Shown here: positions 51,921-63,171 of the stretch, piece after piece
Layout: every line of letters starts with the position of its first letter
How positions within the stretch are numbered: the stretch's first letter is position 1
Source of the DNA: an uncultured Actinomycetota bacterium
GTDB taxonomy: Bacteria > Actinomycetota > Actinomycetes > Mycobacteriales > QHCD01
Direction: 5' to 3'
Assembly: GCA_963775655.1 (NCBI GenBank)
Contig: CAVZJT010000007.1
Coordinates: 680,230 to 744,229 of the forward strand
Length of the DNA: 64,000 nt
Program-made: the position numbers and the translations under genes
Notes under the pieces: model-generated
Database searches by the model: none
What the model saw: only the letters and a program-made list of their open reading frames with translations
What the model was told of the DNA's origin: nothing

Positions 51921-52954
51921 CCACCGAGACCACCACCACGACGACCACCTCGACACAGCTGCTGGCGGCTCGCGGACTGCGTGCCTGGTACGCCGGTCAC
52001 GGCGGCCAGGGCACCATGGCCGTCGACGGTGTCTCGATCGACGTCCGCGAGGGCGAGGTGCTCGGTGTCGCCGGGGAGTCCGGCTGTGGCAAGTCGACGC
52101 TGGCCTCGGTCCTGTCCCTCACCGCCCGGCCGCCGCTGTACGTGCTCGAGGGTGAACTCGAGGTCGCCGGCGAGACGCTGAGTTTCGAGCCGCGCCGCCC
52201 GCCGCCGCGGTCGTGGCGTGGTGAGGCGGTATCCCTGCTGCCGCAGGGAGCGATGAACTCGCTGAGCCCGACGCTGCGCATCCGCGACTTCGCCTTCGAC
52301 ATCATCCGCGCGCACGACCGCAAGGTGCACCGGGACGAGGCGATCGACCGCGCCGCCGAACGGCTCGAGCAGCTCGACCTACCGCGCCGGGTCCTCGAGT
52401 ACTACCCGCACCAGCTCAGCGGCGGCATGAAGCAACGTGTCGTCACCGTGCTCTCCACCCTGCTCAACCCGAAGCTGCTGATCGCCGACGAGCCGACATC
52501 GGCGCTCGACGTCTCCTCGCAGCGGATCCTCATCGAGTTGCTCCGCGAGCTGCTGTCCCGCCGATTCATCACCGGCGTCATCTTCGTGACGCACGACCTG
52601 CCCGTACTCAATGCGATCGCGGACCGGATCGCCATCATGTACGCCGGTCAGGTGGTCGAGGTCGGCGCGGCCGAGGAGGTCATCAACCGGGCCCGGCACC
52701 CGTACAGCGCGGCGCTAGTGCACTCGGTGCTCGTCCCGGAGCCACAGATCCGCACCCGCCGGATCACCGGGATCACCGGCTCCCCGCCCGACCTGGTCAG
52801 CCCACCGTCGGGTTGCCGCTTTCATCCGCGCTGCAGCCTTGCCATGGACGTCTGTACGACGGAGCAGCCGCCGATGGTCGGTGACCCGCGCCGGTTCGCC
52901 AGTTGCTGGTGGTCGCGCGACCACAACGGCGAGCCCGTGGAGGCGAAGCTGTGA
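51917..52954 (+). CDS. peptide-type ABC transporter ATP-binding protein (DppD/OppD-like)
   Basis: GTG at 51917 (V79 of the track ORF) forms a GTGA overlap. Thr-rich N-terminus, GESGCGKSTLA, LSGGMKQRV, C-terminal CRFHPRC motif. Confidence 0.88.
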   Translation: MTTETTTTTTTSTQLLAARGLRAWYAGHGGQGTMAVDGVSIDVREGEVLGVAGESGCGKSTLASVLSLTARPPLYVLEGELEVAGETLSFEPRRPPPRSWRGEAVSLLPQGAMNSLSPTLRIRDFAFDIIRAHDRKVHRDEAIDRAAERLEQLDLPRRVLEYYPHQLSGGMKQRVVTVLSTLLNPKLLIADEPTSALDVSSQRILIELLRELLSRRFITGVIFVTHDLPVLNAIADRIAIMYAGQVVEVGAAEEVINRARHPYSAALVHSVLVPEPQIRTRRITGITGSPPDLVSPPSGCRFHPRCSLAMDVCTTEQPPMVGDPRRFASCWWSRDHNGEPVEAKL

Positions 52955-53787
52955 CCCGCCCCAGCGTGCCGCGGGAGCGCGGATCGGAGCAGGGCACCGC
53001 GGAGCACGGCGCTGCTCCGCTGCTCGAGGCCCGCAACCTGACCCGGCTCTTCGGCCACGGCGACCACGTCGTCCGCGCCGTCGACGACGTGTCGTTCACC
53101 GTCGGCCGCAACGAGATCGTCACCGTGGTGGGCGAGAGCGGCAGCGGCAAGTCGACCCTCGCCCGGCTGCTGCTGCGGCTGCTCGACCCGACCTCGGGCT
53201 CGATCCTGCTCGACGGCAAGGACATCACCGCGATCGAGGGCCGCGACGTCAAGTCCTACTGGCGCGAGGTGCAGGCGGTCTTCCAGGACCCGTTCAGCGC
53301 GTTCAACCAGTTCTTCACCGTCCGCAGGCTGCTGCAGCGCTCCCAGGGACTGCTCTCCGAGGCCGAGCAGCTCGTCGGCGCCGAGGACCGGATGATCGCC
53401 GCTCTCGAGCAGGTCGGGCTGAAGGCGAAGGACGTGCTCGGCAAGTGGCCGCACCAGCTCTCCGGCGGCCAGCGGCAGCGGGTGATGATCGCCCGGGCCC
53501 TGATGATGCGCCCGCGCGTCCTGATCGCCGACGAGGCCACCTCGATGCTCGACGCGTCGCTGCGGGCCAACATCCTCAACGTGCTGATGGACCTGCGCCG
53601 CGACCAGGACATGACGATCATCTTCATCACCCACGACATCGGCCAGGCCTGCTACGTCAGCGACCGGATCCTGGCCATGTGCAAGGGCGAGCTGGTCGAG
53701 TCGGGCCCGACCGACGAGGTGATCTTCGCCCCGCAGCACGAATACACCCAGGGCCTGCTGGCCGACGTACCCCGCCTGCACACCTGA
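52951..53787 (+). CDS. peptide-type ABC transporter ATP-binding protein (DppF/OppF-like)
   Basis: GTG at 52951 (V17 of the track ORF) forms a GTGA overlap. [31 protein letters not shown]. Confidence 0.88.
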   Translation: MTRPSVPRERGSEQGTAEHGAAPLLEARNLTRLFGHGDHVVRAVDDVSFTVGRNEIVTVVGESGSGKSTLARLLLRLLDPTSGSILLDGKDITAIEGRDVKSYWREVQAVFQDPFSAFNQFFTVRRLLQRSQGLLSEAEQLVGAEDRMIAALEQVGLKAKDVLGKWPHQLSGGQRQRVMIARALMMRPRVLIADEATSMLDASLRANILNVLMDLRRDQDMTIIFITHDIGQACYVSDRILAMCKGELVESGPTDEVIFAPQHEYTQGLLADVPRLHT

Positions 53788-53815
53788 CCCCCGGATTTTC
53801 GGCACCACCCCGTGC

Positions 53816-53885
53816 CCCATTCCGCATCAACGTCACGTTGATGCGGCTAGACCGCTTGAACGTGACGTTCACGCGGAATCGGGCC
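53816..53885. repeat. 70-bp nested-palindrome unit, copy 4 (A type variant)
   Basis: CCCATTCCGCATCAACGTCACGTTGATGCGGCTAGACCGCTTGAACGTGACGTTCACGCGGAATCGGGCC. Starts 29 bp after the ABC ATPase stop. Confidence 0.9.
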
Positions 53886-53889
53886 GCCC

Positions 53890-53959
53890 TCCATTCGGCA
53901 TCAACGTGACGTTGATGCGGCTAGATGGCTTGAACGTGACGTTCAAGCCGAATGGCGGC
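53890..53959. repeat. 70-bp nested-palindrome unit, copy 5 (B type)
   Basis: TCCATTCGGCATCAACGTGACGTTGATGCGGCTAGATGGCTTGAACGTGACGTTCAAGCCGAATGGCGGC. Confidence 0.9.
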
Positions 53960-54098
53960 CGGCGGACGGGCTTTGGTGCCCGCCGAGGCCGCCGGCCGTG
54001 GCGACACATCGTGCGTCGTACTCGCATCCACGGGGCAAATCGGCGATTAGCACACACGATGTCGGCGACCACCCCTCGGCGTACGCCGACATCAGCCC

Positions 54099-54168
54099 TC
54101 CATTCCGCATCAACGTCACGTTGAGGCGGATAGAGCGCTTGAACGTGACGTTCACGCGGAATCGGCCG
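54099..54168. repeat. 70-bp nested-palindrome unit, copy 6 (A type variant)
   Basis: TCCATTCCGCATCAACGTCACGTTGAGGCGGATAGAGCGCTTGAACGTGACGTTCACGCGGAATCGGCCG. Confidence 0.9.
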
Positions 54169-54171
54169 CCC

Positions 54172-54241
54172 TCCGTTCGGCATCAACGTGACGTTGATGC
54201 CGCTAGATGGCTTGAACGTCACGTTCAAGCCGAATGGCGGG
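54172..54241. repeat. 70-bp nested-palindrome unit, copy 7 (B type)
   Basis: TCCGTTCGGCATCAACGTGACGTTGATGCCGCTAGATGGCTTGAACGTCACGTTCAAGCCGAATGGCGGG. Confidence 0.9.
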
Positions 54242-54304
54242 GCAAGGGAAGCGGTCATATGGGGAGATACCGGCAGTGGTGACCGGCGTCACCGGGGGTC
54301 CTGT

Positions 54305-54342
54305 TTGCCGCGGGAGCCGATAAACGACACAATAGTGTTGTG
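54305..54342 (+). promoter_or_regulatory. candidate leaderless sufR promoter (-35 TTGCCG, 17 nt, -10 CACAAT) with overlapping dyad CACAA-N5-TTGTG (possible SufR operator)
   Basis: AT-richer patch GATAAACGACACAATAGTGTTGTGAAATT in a GC-rich context. The dyad (54328-54342) includes the GTG start. CACAAT ends 6 nt before the start codon. No SD. Confidence 0.35.
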
Positions 54343-55053
54343 AAATTCGCCGGAACCGCCGAGCCGCCCGTGGAGCATCGCACCCGCGATGCTGTCGCGC
54401 GACTGCTCATGGAAGCCGGCCCCCAGACCGCGTCCGCGCTGGCCGAGCGGCTGGACATCAGCCCGGCCGCCGTACGCCGGCACCTCGACGGGCTCTGCGC
54501 CGACGGCATCGTCGTCGGCCGCGACAGCCGGCCGCTGGGCGGACGTCGCCGGGGCCGTCCGGCCCGGGTCTTCGCCCTGACCGAAGGCGGGCGCGAGTCG
54601 TTCCCCCACGCCTACGACGACCTCGCCGCGTCCGCGCTGCGATTCCTCGCCGCCCGCGGTGGCGAGAAGGCCGTCACCGCCTTCGCCGAACAGCGGCTCG
54701 CGGTCCTGGAGTCGCGCAACCGCGACCGCATCGCCGCCGCCGAGACGCCGGGGGAGAAGGTGGCGGCCCTCTCCGAGGCGCTGACCGGCGAGGGATACGC
54801 TGCGTCTGCGCACACGGTGGGTAGCGGCGAGCAGCTCTGCCAGCACCACTGCCCGGTGGCTCACGTCGCCGCCGAGTTCCCCCAGCTGTGCGAGGCCGAG
54901 ACCCAGGCGTTCTCGCGCCTGCTCGGCACCCACGTGCAACGACTGGCCACCATTGCCCGGGGCGACGGCGTGTGTACGACGCACGTCCCGGTCACCACGA
55001 GTTCGACAGCAGGTCCCACAGGTACGCCCGTATCCGGGAGGAAGCACGCATGA
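54340..55053 (+). CDS. sufR: ArsR-type Fe-S cluster regulator SufR
   Basis: 237 aa. HTH ([22 protein letters not shown]) and C-terminal Cys ligand pattern [21 protein letters not shown]...GDGVC. First gene of the suf operon. Confidence 0.88.
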   Translation: MKFAGTAEPPVEHRTRDAVARLLMEAGPQTASALAERLDISPAAVRRHLDGLCADGIVVGRDSRPLGGRRRGRPARVFALTEGGRESFPHAYDDLAASALRFLAARGGEKAVTAFAEQRLAVLESRNRDRIAAAETPGEKVAALSEALTGEGYAASAHTVGSGEQLCQHHCPVAHVAAEFPQLCEAETQAFSRLLGTHVQRLATIARGDGVCTTHVPVTTSSTAGPTGTPVSGRKHA

Positions 55054-56489
55054 CCACTGCACCGGAGACCACCGCGCCCGTCCTCACGCAGGACGAGCAG
55101 ATCGAAGCCATGTCCGGCTACAAGTTCGGCTGGGCGGACTCCGATGTCGCCGGCGAGTCGGCCCGTCGTGGCCTCTCCGACGAGGTCGTCCGAGACATCT
55201 CCCGCCGCAAGAACGAGCCGGAGTGGATGCTCGAGCGCCGGCTGCGCGGCCTGAAGCTGTTCGGCAAGAAGCCGCTGCCCAACTGGGGAGCCGACCTCAC
55301 CGGCATCGACTTCGACAACATCAAGTACTTCGTCCGGTCGACCGAGAAGCAGGCCGCGACGTGGGACGAGCTGCCGGCCGACATCAAGAACACCTACGAC
55401 AAGCTCGGCATCCCGGAGGCCGAGAAGCAGCGGCTGATCGCCGGCGTCGCGGCGCAGTACGAGTCCGAGGTCGTCTACCACAAGATCCGCGAAGACCTCG
55501 AGGCCCAGGGCGTCCTTTTCCTCGACACCGACACCGCGCTGCGCGAGCACGAGGATCTCTTCCGGGAGTACTACGGCTCGGTGATCCCGGCCGGCGACAA
55601 CAAGTTCGCCTCGCTCAACACCGCCGTGTGGTCGGGCGGGTCGTTCATCTACGTCCCGCCGGGCGTCAACGTCGAGATCCCGCTGCAGGCCTACTTCCGG
55701 ATCAACACCGAGAACATGGGCCAGTTCGAGCGGACGCTGATCATCGTCGACGAGGGCGCCTACGTGCACTACGTCGAGGGCTGCACCGCCCCGATCTACA
55801 AGACCGACTCGCTGCACTCGGCGGTCGTCGAGATCGTGGTGAAGAAGAACGCCCGCTGCCGCTACACCACGATCCAGAACTGGTCCAACAACGTCTACAA
55901 CCTCGTGACCAAGCGCGCGGTCGCCCACGAGGGCGCGACGATGGAGTGGATCGACGGCAACATCGGCTCCAAGGTGACGATGAAGTACCCCGCCGTCTGG
56001 ATGCTCGGTGAGCACGCCAAGGGCGAGACGCTCTCGGTCGCCTTCGCCGGTGAGGGTCAGCACCAGGACGCCGGCGCCAAGATGGTGCACGTCGCGCCGC
56101 ACACCTCGAGCACGATCATCTCCAAGTCGGTCGCGCGCGGCGGTGGACGCACCTCCTACCGCGGTCTGGTGCAGATCGAGCCCGGCGCACACGGCTCCAA
56201 GTCGACGGTGAAGTGCGACGCGCTGCTGGTCGACACGATCAGCCGATCCGACACCTATCCCTACGTCGACGTCCGCGAGGACGACGTGTCGATGGGCCAC
56301 GAGGCCACGGTGTCGAAGGTCAGCGAGACGCAGCTGTTCTACCTCATGAGCCGCGGGCTCACCGAGGACGAGGCGATGGCCATGATCGTCCGCGGCTTCG
56401 TCGAGCCCATCGCGCGCGAGTTGCCGATGGAATACGCGCTCGAGCTCAACCGGCTGATCGAGCTGCAGATGGAAGGAGCCGTCGGCTGA
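55050..56489 (+). CDS. sufB: Fe-S cluster assembly scaffold SufB
   Basis: ATG at 55050 (M55 of the track ORF) forms an ATGA overlap with sufR, after GGGAGGAAG. Highly conserved SufB sequence ([21 protein letters not shown]...). Confidence 0.96.
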   Translation: MTTAPETTAPVLTQDEQIEAMSGYKFGWADSDVAGESARRGLSDEVVRDISRRKNEPEWMLERRLRGLKLFGKKPLPNWGADLTGIDFDNIKYFVRSTEKQAATWDELPADIKNTYDKLGIPEAEKQRLIAGVAAQYESEVVYHKIREDLEAQGVLFLDTDTALREHEDLFREYYGSVIPAGDNKFASLNTAVWSGGSFIYVPPGVNVEIPLQAYFRINTENMGQFERTLIIVDEGAYVHYVEGCTAPIYKTDSLHSAVVEIVVKKNARCRYTTIQNWSNNVYNLVTKRAVAHEGATMEWIDGNIGSKVTMKYPAVWMLGEHAKGETLSVAFAGEGQHQDAGAKMVHVAPHTSSTIISKSVARGGGRTSYRGLVQIEPGAHGSKSTVKCDALLVDTISRSDTYPYVDVREDDVSMGHEATVSKVSETQLFYLMSRGLTEDEAMAMIVRGFVEPIARELPMEYALELNRLIELQMEGAVG

Positions 56490-56491
56490 CG

Positions 56492-57772
56492 ATGGCTGAT
56501 ACCGACACGAGCCCTGACAGCCAGGGCGCGCAGACCGACGCCGTCCGCGAACAGGCGGCGGCCGAGCAGGCGGTGGTCGCGTCGCAGGTGCTGGGGACCG
56601 ACACCGGCGCCGCGGCTGGCCCGCCACCCGGCGCCCACAGCCACGGCGGTCCGGTGCGCCAGCCCGGCGACGCGAAGCCGGCCCGCATCACCTCGCGTGA
56701 CCCGGACCTGTTCGGCGTACCGACCGGGCGCGAGGAGGACTGGCGGTTCACCCCGCTGGACCGGATGCGGACGCTGCTCGAACCGCTGACCGCCGACGGC
56801 AAGGTCGTCGTCGAGGTGCGGGCCGCCGACAAGGTCGACGTCGGCCATGTCGCGGGCGACGACCCGCTGGTCGGCAGCGTGCTCAGCCCGGCCGACCGGG
56901 TCAGCGCGCTGGCGATGGCCCACGTCGACCAGGCACTGGTCGTGACCGTGCCGCGTGGCGTGGTCTCGCCCGCGCCGACCTTCCTCACCGTCCGCGGTGA
57001 GGGCGGCACCGCCTACGGCCACCTCGTCATCGACGTCGGCGAGGCCGCGCAGGCCGTCGTCGTCGTCGACCACGTCGGTACGACGACCCTCGCCTCCAAC
57101 ATGGAGATCCGGGTGGGCGACGGTGCTTCCCTGACCGTCGTCTCGCTGCAGGACTGGGACGACGACGCCGTGCACGTCGAGGCGCAGGCGGCGAGGCTCG
57201 GCCGCGACGCCCGGCTGCGCCACGTTGCGGTGACCCTCGGCGGCGGACTGGTCCGGCTCACGCCGACCGTGGAGTTCGGCGGCCCGGGCGGCGACGCCGA
57301 ACTGCTCGGCCTCTACTTCGCCGACGCCGGCCAGCACCAGGAGCACCGGCTCTTCGTCGACCACGCGCAGCCCAACTGCCGCAGCCGGGTCACCTACAAG
57401 GGCGCGCTGCAGGGTGACGACGCCACCGCGGTGTGGATCGGCGACGTCCTGATCCGCCCCGAGGGCGAGCAGACCGACACCTACGAGCTCAACCGCAACC
57501 TGCTGCTCACCGAGGGCGCCCGCGCCCACTCGGTGCCCAACCTCGAGATCGAGACCGGCGAGGTGGCCGGGGCCGGTCACGCCAGCGCCAGCGGTCGCTT
57601 CGACGACCTGCAGCTGTTCTACCTGATGGCCCGGGGGATCCCGGCCGACGTCGCCCGCCGGCTCGTCGTCCGTGGGTTCTTCGCCGAGGTGATCGACCGG
57701 ATCGGCGTGCCGGAGGTGCAGGAGCGGCTGGTCGCCGCGGTCGAGGACGAGCTGGCGCAGGTGGGGTCATGA
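56492..57772 (+). CDS. sufD: Fe-S cluster assembly protein SufD
   Basis: ATG at 56492 (M94 of the track ORF). EEDWRFTPL...; C-terminal NLEIETGEVAGAGHASASGRFDDLQLFYLMARGI. Confidence 0.92.
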   Translation: MADTDTSPDSQGAQTDAVREQAAAEQAVVASQVLGTDTGAAAGPPPGAHSHGGPVRQPGDAKPARITSRDPDLFGVPTGREEDWRFTPLDRMRTLLEPLTADGKVVVEVRAADKVDVGHVAGDDPLVGSVLSPADRVSALAMAHVDQALVVTVPRGVVSPAPTFLTVRGEGGTAYGHLVIDVGEAAQAVVVVDHVGTTTLASNMEIRVGDGASLTVVSLQDWDDDAVHVEAQAARLGRDARLRHVAVTLGGGLVRLTPTVEFGGPGGDAELLGLYFADAGQHQEHRLFVDHAQPNCRSRVTYKGALQGDDATAVWIGDVLIRPEGEQTDTYELNRNLLLTEGARAHSVPNLEIETGEVAGAGHASASGRFDDLQLFYLMARGIPADVARRLVVRGFFAEVIDRIGVPEVQERLVAAVEDELAQVGS

Positions 57773-58089
57773 CCGACTTCGTGCGCGCCTGCGCACTCGA
57801 CGAGGTGCCCGAGCCCGGTGCTCATCGGGTCAAGTTCGACGACACGCCGGTCGCGATCGTGCGCAGCGACGGCGAGGTCTACGCGATCTACGACGTCTGC
57901 TCGCACGAAGAGGTGGCGCTCACCGAAGGCGACGTGGAGGGCACCACGATCGAGTGCTGGCTGCACGGCTCGTGCTTCGACCTCCGGTCCGGCCGGCCGA
58001 CCAGCCTGCCCGCCACCAAACCCGTACCCGTCTATCCCGTGAAGATCGAGGGCGGCGACGTCTACGTCCGCCTCACTGAGGAGAGTTGA
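57769..58089 (+). CDS. Rieske (2Fe-2S) ferredoxin-like protein embedded in the suf operon
   Basis: ATG at 57769 forms an ATGA overlap. 106 aa. CSHEEVAL...CWLHGSCF Rieske ligands. I recall the same placement in Streptomyces suf operons. Confidence 0.88.
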   Translation: MTDFVRACALDEVPEPGAHRVKFDDTPVAIVRSDGEVYAIYDVCSHEEVALTEGDVEGTTIECWLHGSCFDLRSGRPTSLPATKPVPVYPVKIEGGDVYVRLTEES

Positions 58090-60113
<2,024 letters not shown>

Positions 60114-60114
<1 letters not shown>

Positions 60115-60629
60115 TGCAGCTGCAGTCGATGTACCAGGAGATCATCCTGGACCACTACAAGAACCCGCACGGGCGCGGGCTGCGCGACCCGTACGACGCC
60201 GAGGTGCACCACGTCAACCCGACCTGCGGCGACGAGGTGACGCTGCGGGTGCACATCGACGACGGCATCGTCAAAGACGTGTCCTACGACGGCGTCGGCT
60301 GTTCGATCAGTCAGGCGTCGACCTCGGTGCTCACCGACCTGCTCGTCGGCGAGTCGCTGGAGCACGGGCTCGCCGTACAGGACGCCTTTCTCGACATGAT
60401 GCAGTCGCAGGGTCGGGGCGAGCCCGACGAGGAGCTGCTCGAGGACGCCGTCGCCTTCGTCGGCGTGTCGAAATACCCGGCCCGGATCAAATGTGCACTG
60501 CTCGGCTGGATGGCGTTCAAGGACGCCGTGGCCCGCGCCGGGCAACCGATCGAGGCTTCGCCTCAGCAGCCAATCGAGGCTTCGCCTCAGCAGCCAATCG
60601 AGGCTTCGCCTCGGGGAGGTACGTCATGA
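60114..60629 (+). CDS. sufU: SUF sulfur-transfer/scaffold protein SufU (IscU-like) with a C-terminal repeat extension
   Basis: ATG at 60114 (TGATG overlap). YQEIILDHYKNPHGRG, NPTCGDEV, GVGCSISQAS, RIKCALL. Ends in (QPIEASPQ)x3. Confidence 0.9.
60543..60614 (+). repeat. 24-bp in-frame tandem repeat x3 at the 3' end of sufU
   Basis: CAACCGATCGAGGCTTCGCCTCAG / CAGCCAATCGAGGCTTCGCCTCAG / CAGCCAATCGAGGCTTCGCCTCGG, encoding QPIEASPQ QPIEASPQ QPIEASPR. Confidence 0.95.
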
Positions 60630-60973
60630 CCAGCCCAGAGTCCACCGCCACGGCGAGCGTCGATGACGTCGAGGAGGCCATGCGCGACGTGGTCGACCCC
60701 GAACTCGGCATCAACGTCGTCGACCTCGGCCTCGTCTACGGCATCACCGTCGCCGACGACAACGTGGCCACCATCGACATGACGCTCACCTCGGCCGCCT
60801 GTCCGCTCACCGACGTGATCGAGGACCAGACCCGCACCGCCCTCACCGGCGGGCCCGGCGACGGCGTGGTGCAGGACTTCCGGATCAACTGGGTCTGGAT
60901 GCCGCCGTGGGGACCGGACAAGATCACCGACGACGGCCGCGACCAGCTGCGGGCGCTCGGCTTCAACGTGTGA
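60626..60973 (+). CDS. sufT: DUF59-family Fe-S assembly protein (SufT-like)
   Basis: ATG at 60626 (M46 of the track ORF) forms an ATGA overlap after GGGGAGG. VEEAMRDVVDPELGINVVDLGLVYG...TLTSAACPL. Confidence 0.88.
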   Translation: MTSPESTATASVDDVEEAMRDVVDPELGINVVDLGLVYGITVADDNVATIDMTLTSAACPLTDVIEDQTRTALTGGPGDGVVQDFRINWVWMPPWGPDKITDDGRDQLRALGFNV

Positions 60974-61057
60974 GCCGGCGGTCGGCCGGAATATCGGTCG
61001 AGGTCTCCGGCCGGGACGACGTAAACTGCCCCGGTGATCAGTCGAACCTGCTGAGGC

Positions 61058-61077
61058 GGCCACGTACGGACGTGGCC
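61058..61077 (+). terminator. hairpin after the suf operon (GGCCACGT-ACGG-ACGTGGCC)
   Basis: Perfect 8-bp stem with a 4-nt loop, 85 nt after the sufT stop and 30 nt before the ABC-F start. Confidence 0.4.
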
Positions 61078-61106
61078 TGCCCCTTCTCACCCTCAGCGAG
61101 ACCACT

Positions 61107-62708
61107 GTGATCACCGCTTCCGCACTCGAGCTGCGCGCCGGGTCGCGCATCCTGCTCAGCGACACCTCCCTCCGGGTCCAGCCCGGCGACCGGATCGGCC
61201 TGGTCGGCCGCAACGGTGCCGGGAAGACCACCGCCCTGCGCGCCCTCGCCGGCGAGACGCTGCCCTTCGGCGGCACCATCGACCGGCGCGGCGAGGTCGG
61301 CTACCTCCCGCAGGACCCCCGCACCGGCGACCTCGCCGTCACGGCCCGGGACCGGGTGCTCTCGGCCCGGGGCCTCGACGCGCTCATGCAGGACATGGAG
61401 AAGGCACAGGTCGCGATGGCCGGCGCCGTCGACGACAGCGTGCAGGGCCGCGCCGTACGCCGGTACGGGCAGCTGGAGGACACCTTCTCCGCGCAGGGCG
61501 GCTACGCGGCGGAGAGCGAAGCCGCCCGGATCTGCGCCAACCTCGGCCTGCCCGACCGGGTGCTCGCCCAGCCGCTGCGCACCCTCTCCGGCGGGCAACG
61601 CCGCCGGATCGAGCTGGCCCGGATCCTCTTCTCCGGTGCCGAGACGCTGCTGCTGGACGAGCCGACCAACCACCTCGACGCCGACTCCATCGGCTGGCTG
61701 CGCGACTTCCTGCGCGGGCACGACGGCGGGCTGGTGGTCATCAGCCACGACGTCGAGCTGCTCGACCACATCGTCAACAAGGTGTGGCACCTCGACGCCA
61801 ACCGCGCCGAGATCGACCTCTACAACGTCGGCTGGAAGACCTACCTGCAGCAGCGGGAGACCGACGAGCGGCGCCGGCACCGCGAGCGGGCCAACGCCGA
61901 GAAGAAGGCCGCCGCGCTCTTCGCGCAGGCGGACAAGATGCGGGCCAAGGCGACCAAGGCCGTCGCGGCGCAGAACATGGCCCGCCGGGCCGAGCGGATG
62001 CTGGCGGGCACCGAAGCGGACCGGCGCGCCGACCGGGTCGCTCGGGTGCGCTTCCCGACCCCCGCGCCGTGCGGCCGGACGCCGTTGACCGCCTCCGAGC
62101 TGTCGAAGTCCTACGGGTCGCTCGAGGTCTTCACCGACGTCGATCTGGCGGTCGACCGGGGCGGGCGGGTCGTCGTCCTGGGGCTCAACGGTGCCGGCAA
62201 GACGACGCTGCTGCGGGTGCTCGCCGGCCTCGAGCCGGCCGACACCGGCGCGGTGCACCCGGGCCACGGGCTGCGGATCGGCTACTACGCGCAGGAGCAC
62301 GAGACGCTCGACGTCGACCGCACCGTGCTGGAGAACATGCGGGCGACCGCGCAGGACAGCACCGACACCGAGCTACGCCGTATCCTCGGCGCGTTCCTCT
62401 TCTCCGGTGACGCCGCCGACCAGCGCACCGGCACCCTCTCCGGCGGGGAGAAGACCCGGCTCGCCCTGGCTGCGCTGGTCTGCTCCTCGGCCAACGTGCT
62501 GCTCCTCGACGAGCCCACCAACAACCTCGACCCGGCCTCCCGCGAGCAGGTGCTCGAGGCGCTCCGCAACTTCGCCGGAGCGATCGTGCTGGTGACCCAC
62601 GACGAGGGCGCGGTGCAGGCGCTGCATCCCGAGCGCGTCATCCTGCTGCCGGACGGGATCGAGGACGCCTGGAGCGAGGAATTCGTCGATCTGGTGGCGC
62701 TGGCCTGA
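61107..62708 (+). CDS. ABC-F family ATPase (two ABC domains, no TMD; translation-factor type)
   Basis: 533 aa. Two Walker A motifs (GRNGAGKTT, GLNGAGKTT), two LSGG signatures, and a charged linker (ERRRHRERANAEKKAAALFAQADKMRAKATKA). Confidence 0.9.
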   Translation: MITASALELRAGSRILLSDTSLRVQPGDRIGLVGRNGAGKTTALRALAGETLPFGGTIDRRGEVGYLPQDPRTGDLAVTARDRVLSARGLDALMQDMEKAQVAMAGAVDDSVQGRAVRRYGQLEDTFSAQGGYAAESEAARICANLGLPDRVLAQPLRTLSGGQRRRIELARILFSGAETLLLDEPTNHLDADSIGWLRDFLRGHDGGLVVISHDVELLDHIVNKVWHLDANRAEIDLYNVGWKTYLQQRETDERRRHRERANAEKKAAALFAQADKMRAKATKAVAAQNMARRAERMLAGTEADRRADRVARVRFPTPAPCGRTPLTASELSKSYGSLEVFTDVDLAVDRGGRVVVLGLNGAGKTTLLRVLAGLEPADTGAVHPGHGLRIGYYAQEHETLDVDRTVLENMRATAQDSTDTELRRILGAFLFSGDAADQRTGTLSGGEKTRLALAALVCSSANVLLLDEPTNNLDPASREQVLEALRNFAGAIVLVTHDEGAVQALHPERVILLPDGIEDAWSEEFVDLVALA

Positions 62709-62731
62709 CGGTGCCGCAGACCGAACCCGCA

Positions 62732-62752
62732 CCGACCCGAATCGGGGGTCGG
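62732..62752 (+). terminator. short hairpin after the ABC-F gene (CCGACCC-N7-GGGTCGG)
   Basis: 7-bp stem, 24 nt after the stop. No U-tract. Confidence 0.3.
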
Positions 62753-62837
62753 CTGGCCGTGGCCGCCGACCTGGGTGATCATGGTATTGCTGGACCCGGT
62801 TTCTGCCGGGAACCGGCGCATGCGAGGAGGATGCCCC

Positions 62838-63050
62838 GTGGCCGACCTGAAGAAGGGCGCCCGGATCACCGGTGCGACCCGCGACAAGCTCGCCGTCGAT
62901 CTCCGCAAGAAGTACGACTCCGGCAAGAGCATTCGCGCCCTGGCAGACGAATCGGGGCGGTCCTACGGGTTTGTCCACCGGATCCTGTCCGAGTCGGGAA
63001 CGACCCTGCGCGGCCGCGGAGGGCCGACCCGGCGGAGGAAGAAGTCCTAG
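62838..63050 (+). CDS. small helix-turn-helix DNA-binding protein
   Basis: GTG at 62838 (V22 of the track ORF) lies 7 nt after GAGGAGG. 70 aa. KSIRALADESGRSYGFVHRILSESG HTH and a basic tail RGRGGPTRRRKKS. Confidence 0.75.
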   Translation: MADLKKGARITGATRDKLAVDLRKKYDSGKSIRALADESGRSYGFVHRILSESGTTLRGRGGPTRRRKKS

Positions 63051-63171
63051 CCGGTCGCCCGCCGTCCGGGGAACACCGCGGACGGCGGTCGCGTTGTCGA
63101 CGACCGTGGTGAGCACATGACGATGGCCGGCGGGCGCCGCATCCCTGCGCGCCTTCTCCAGCGATCCGCAG

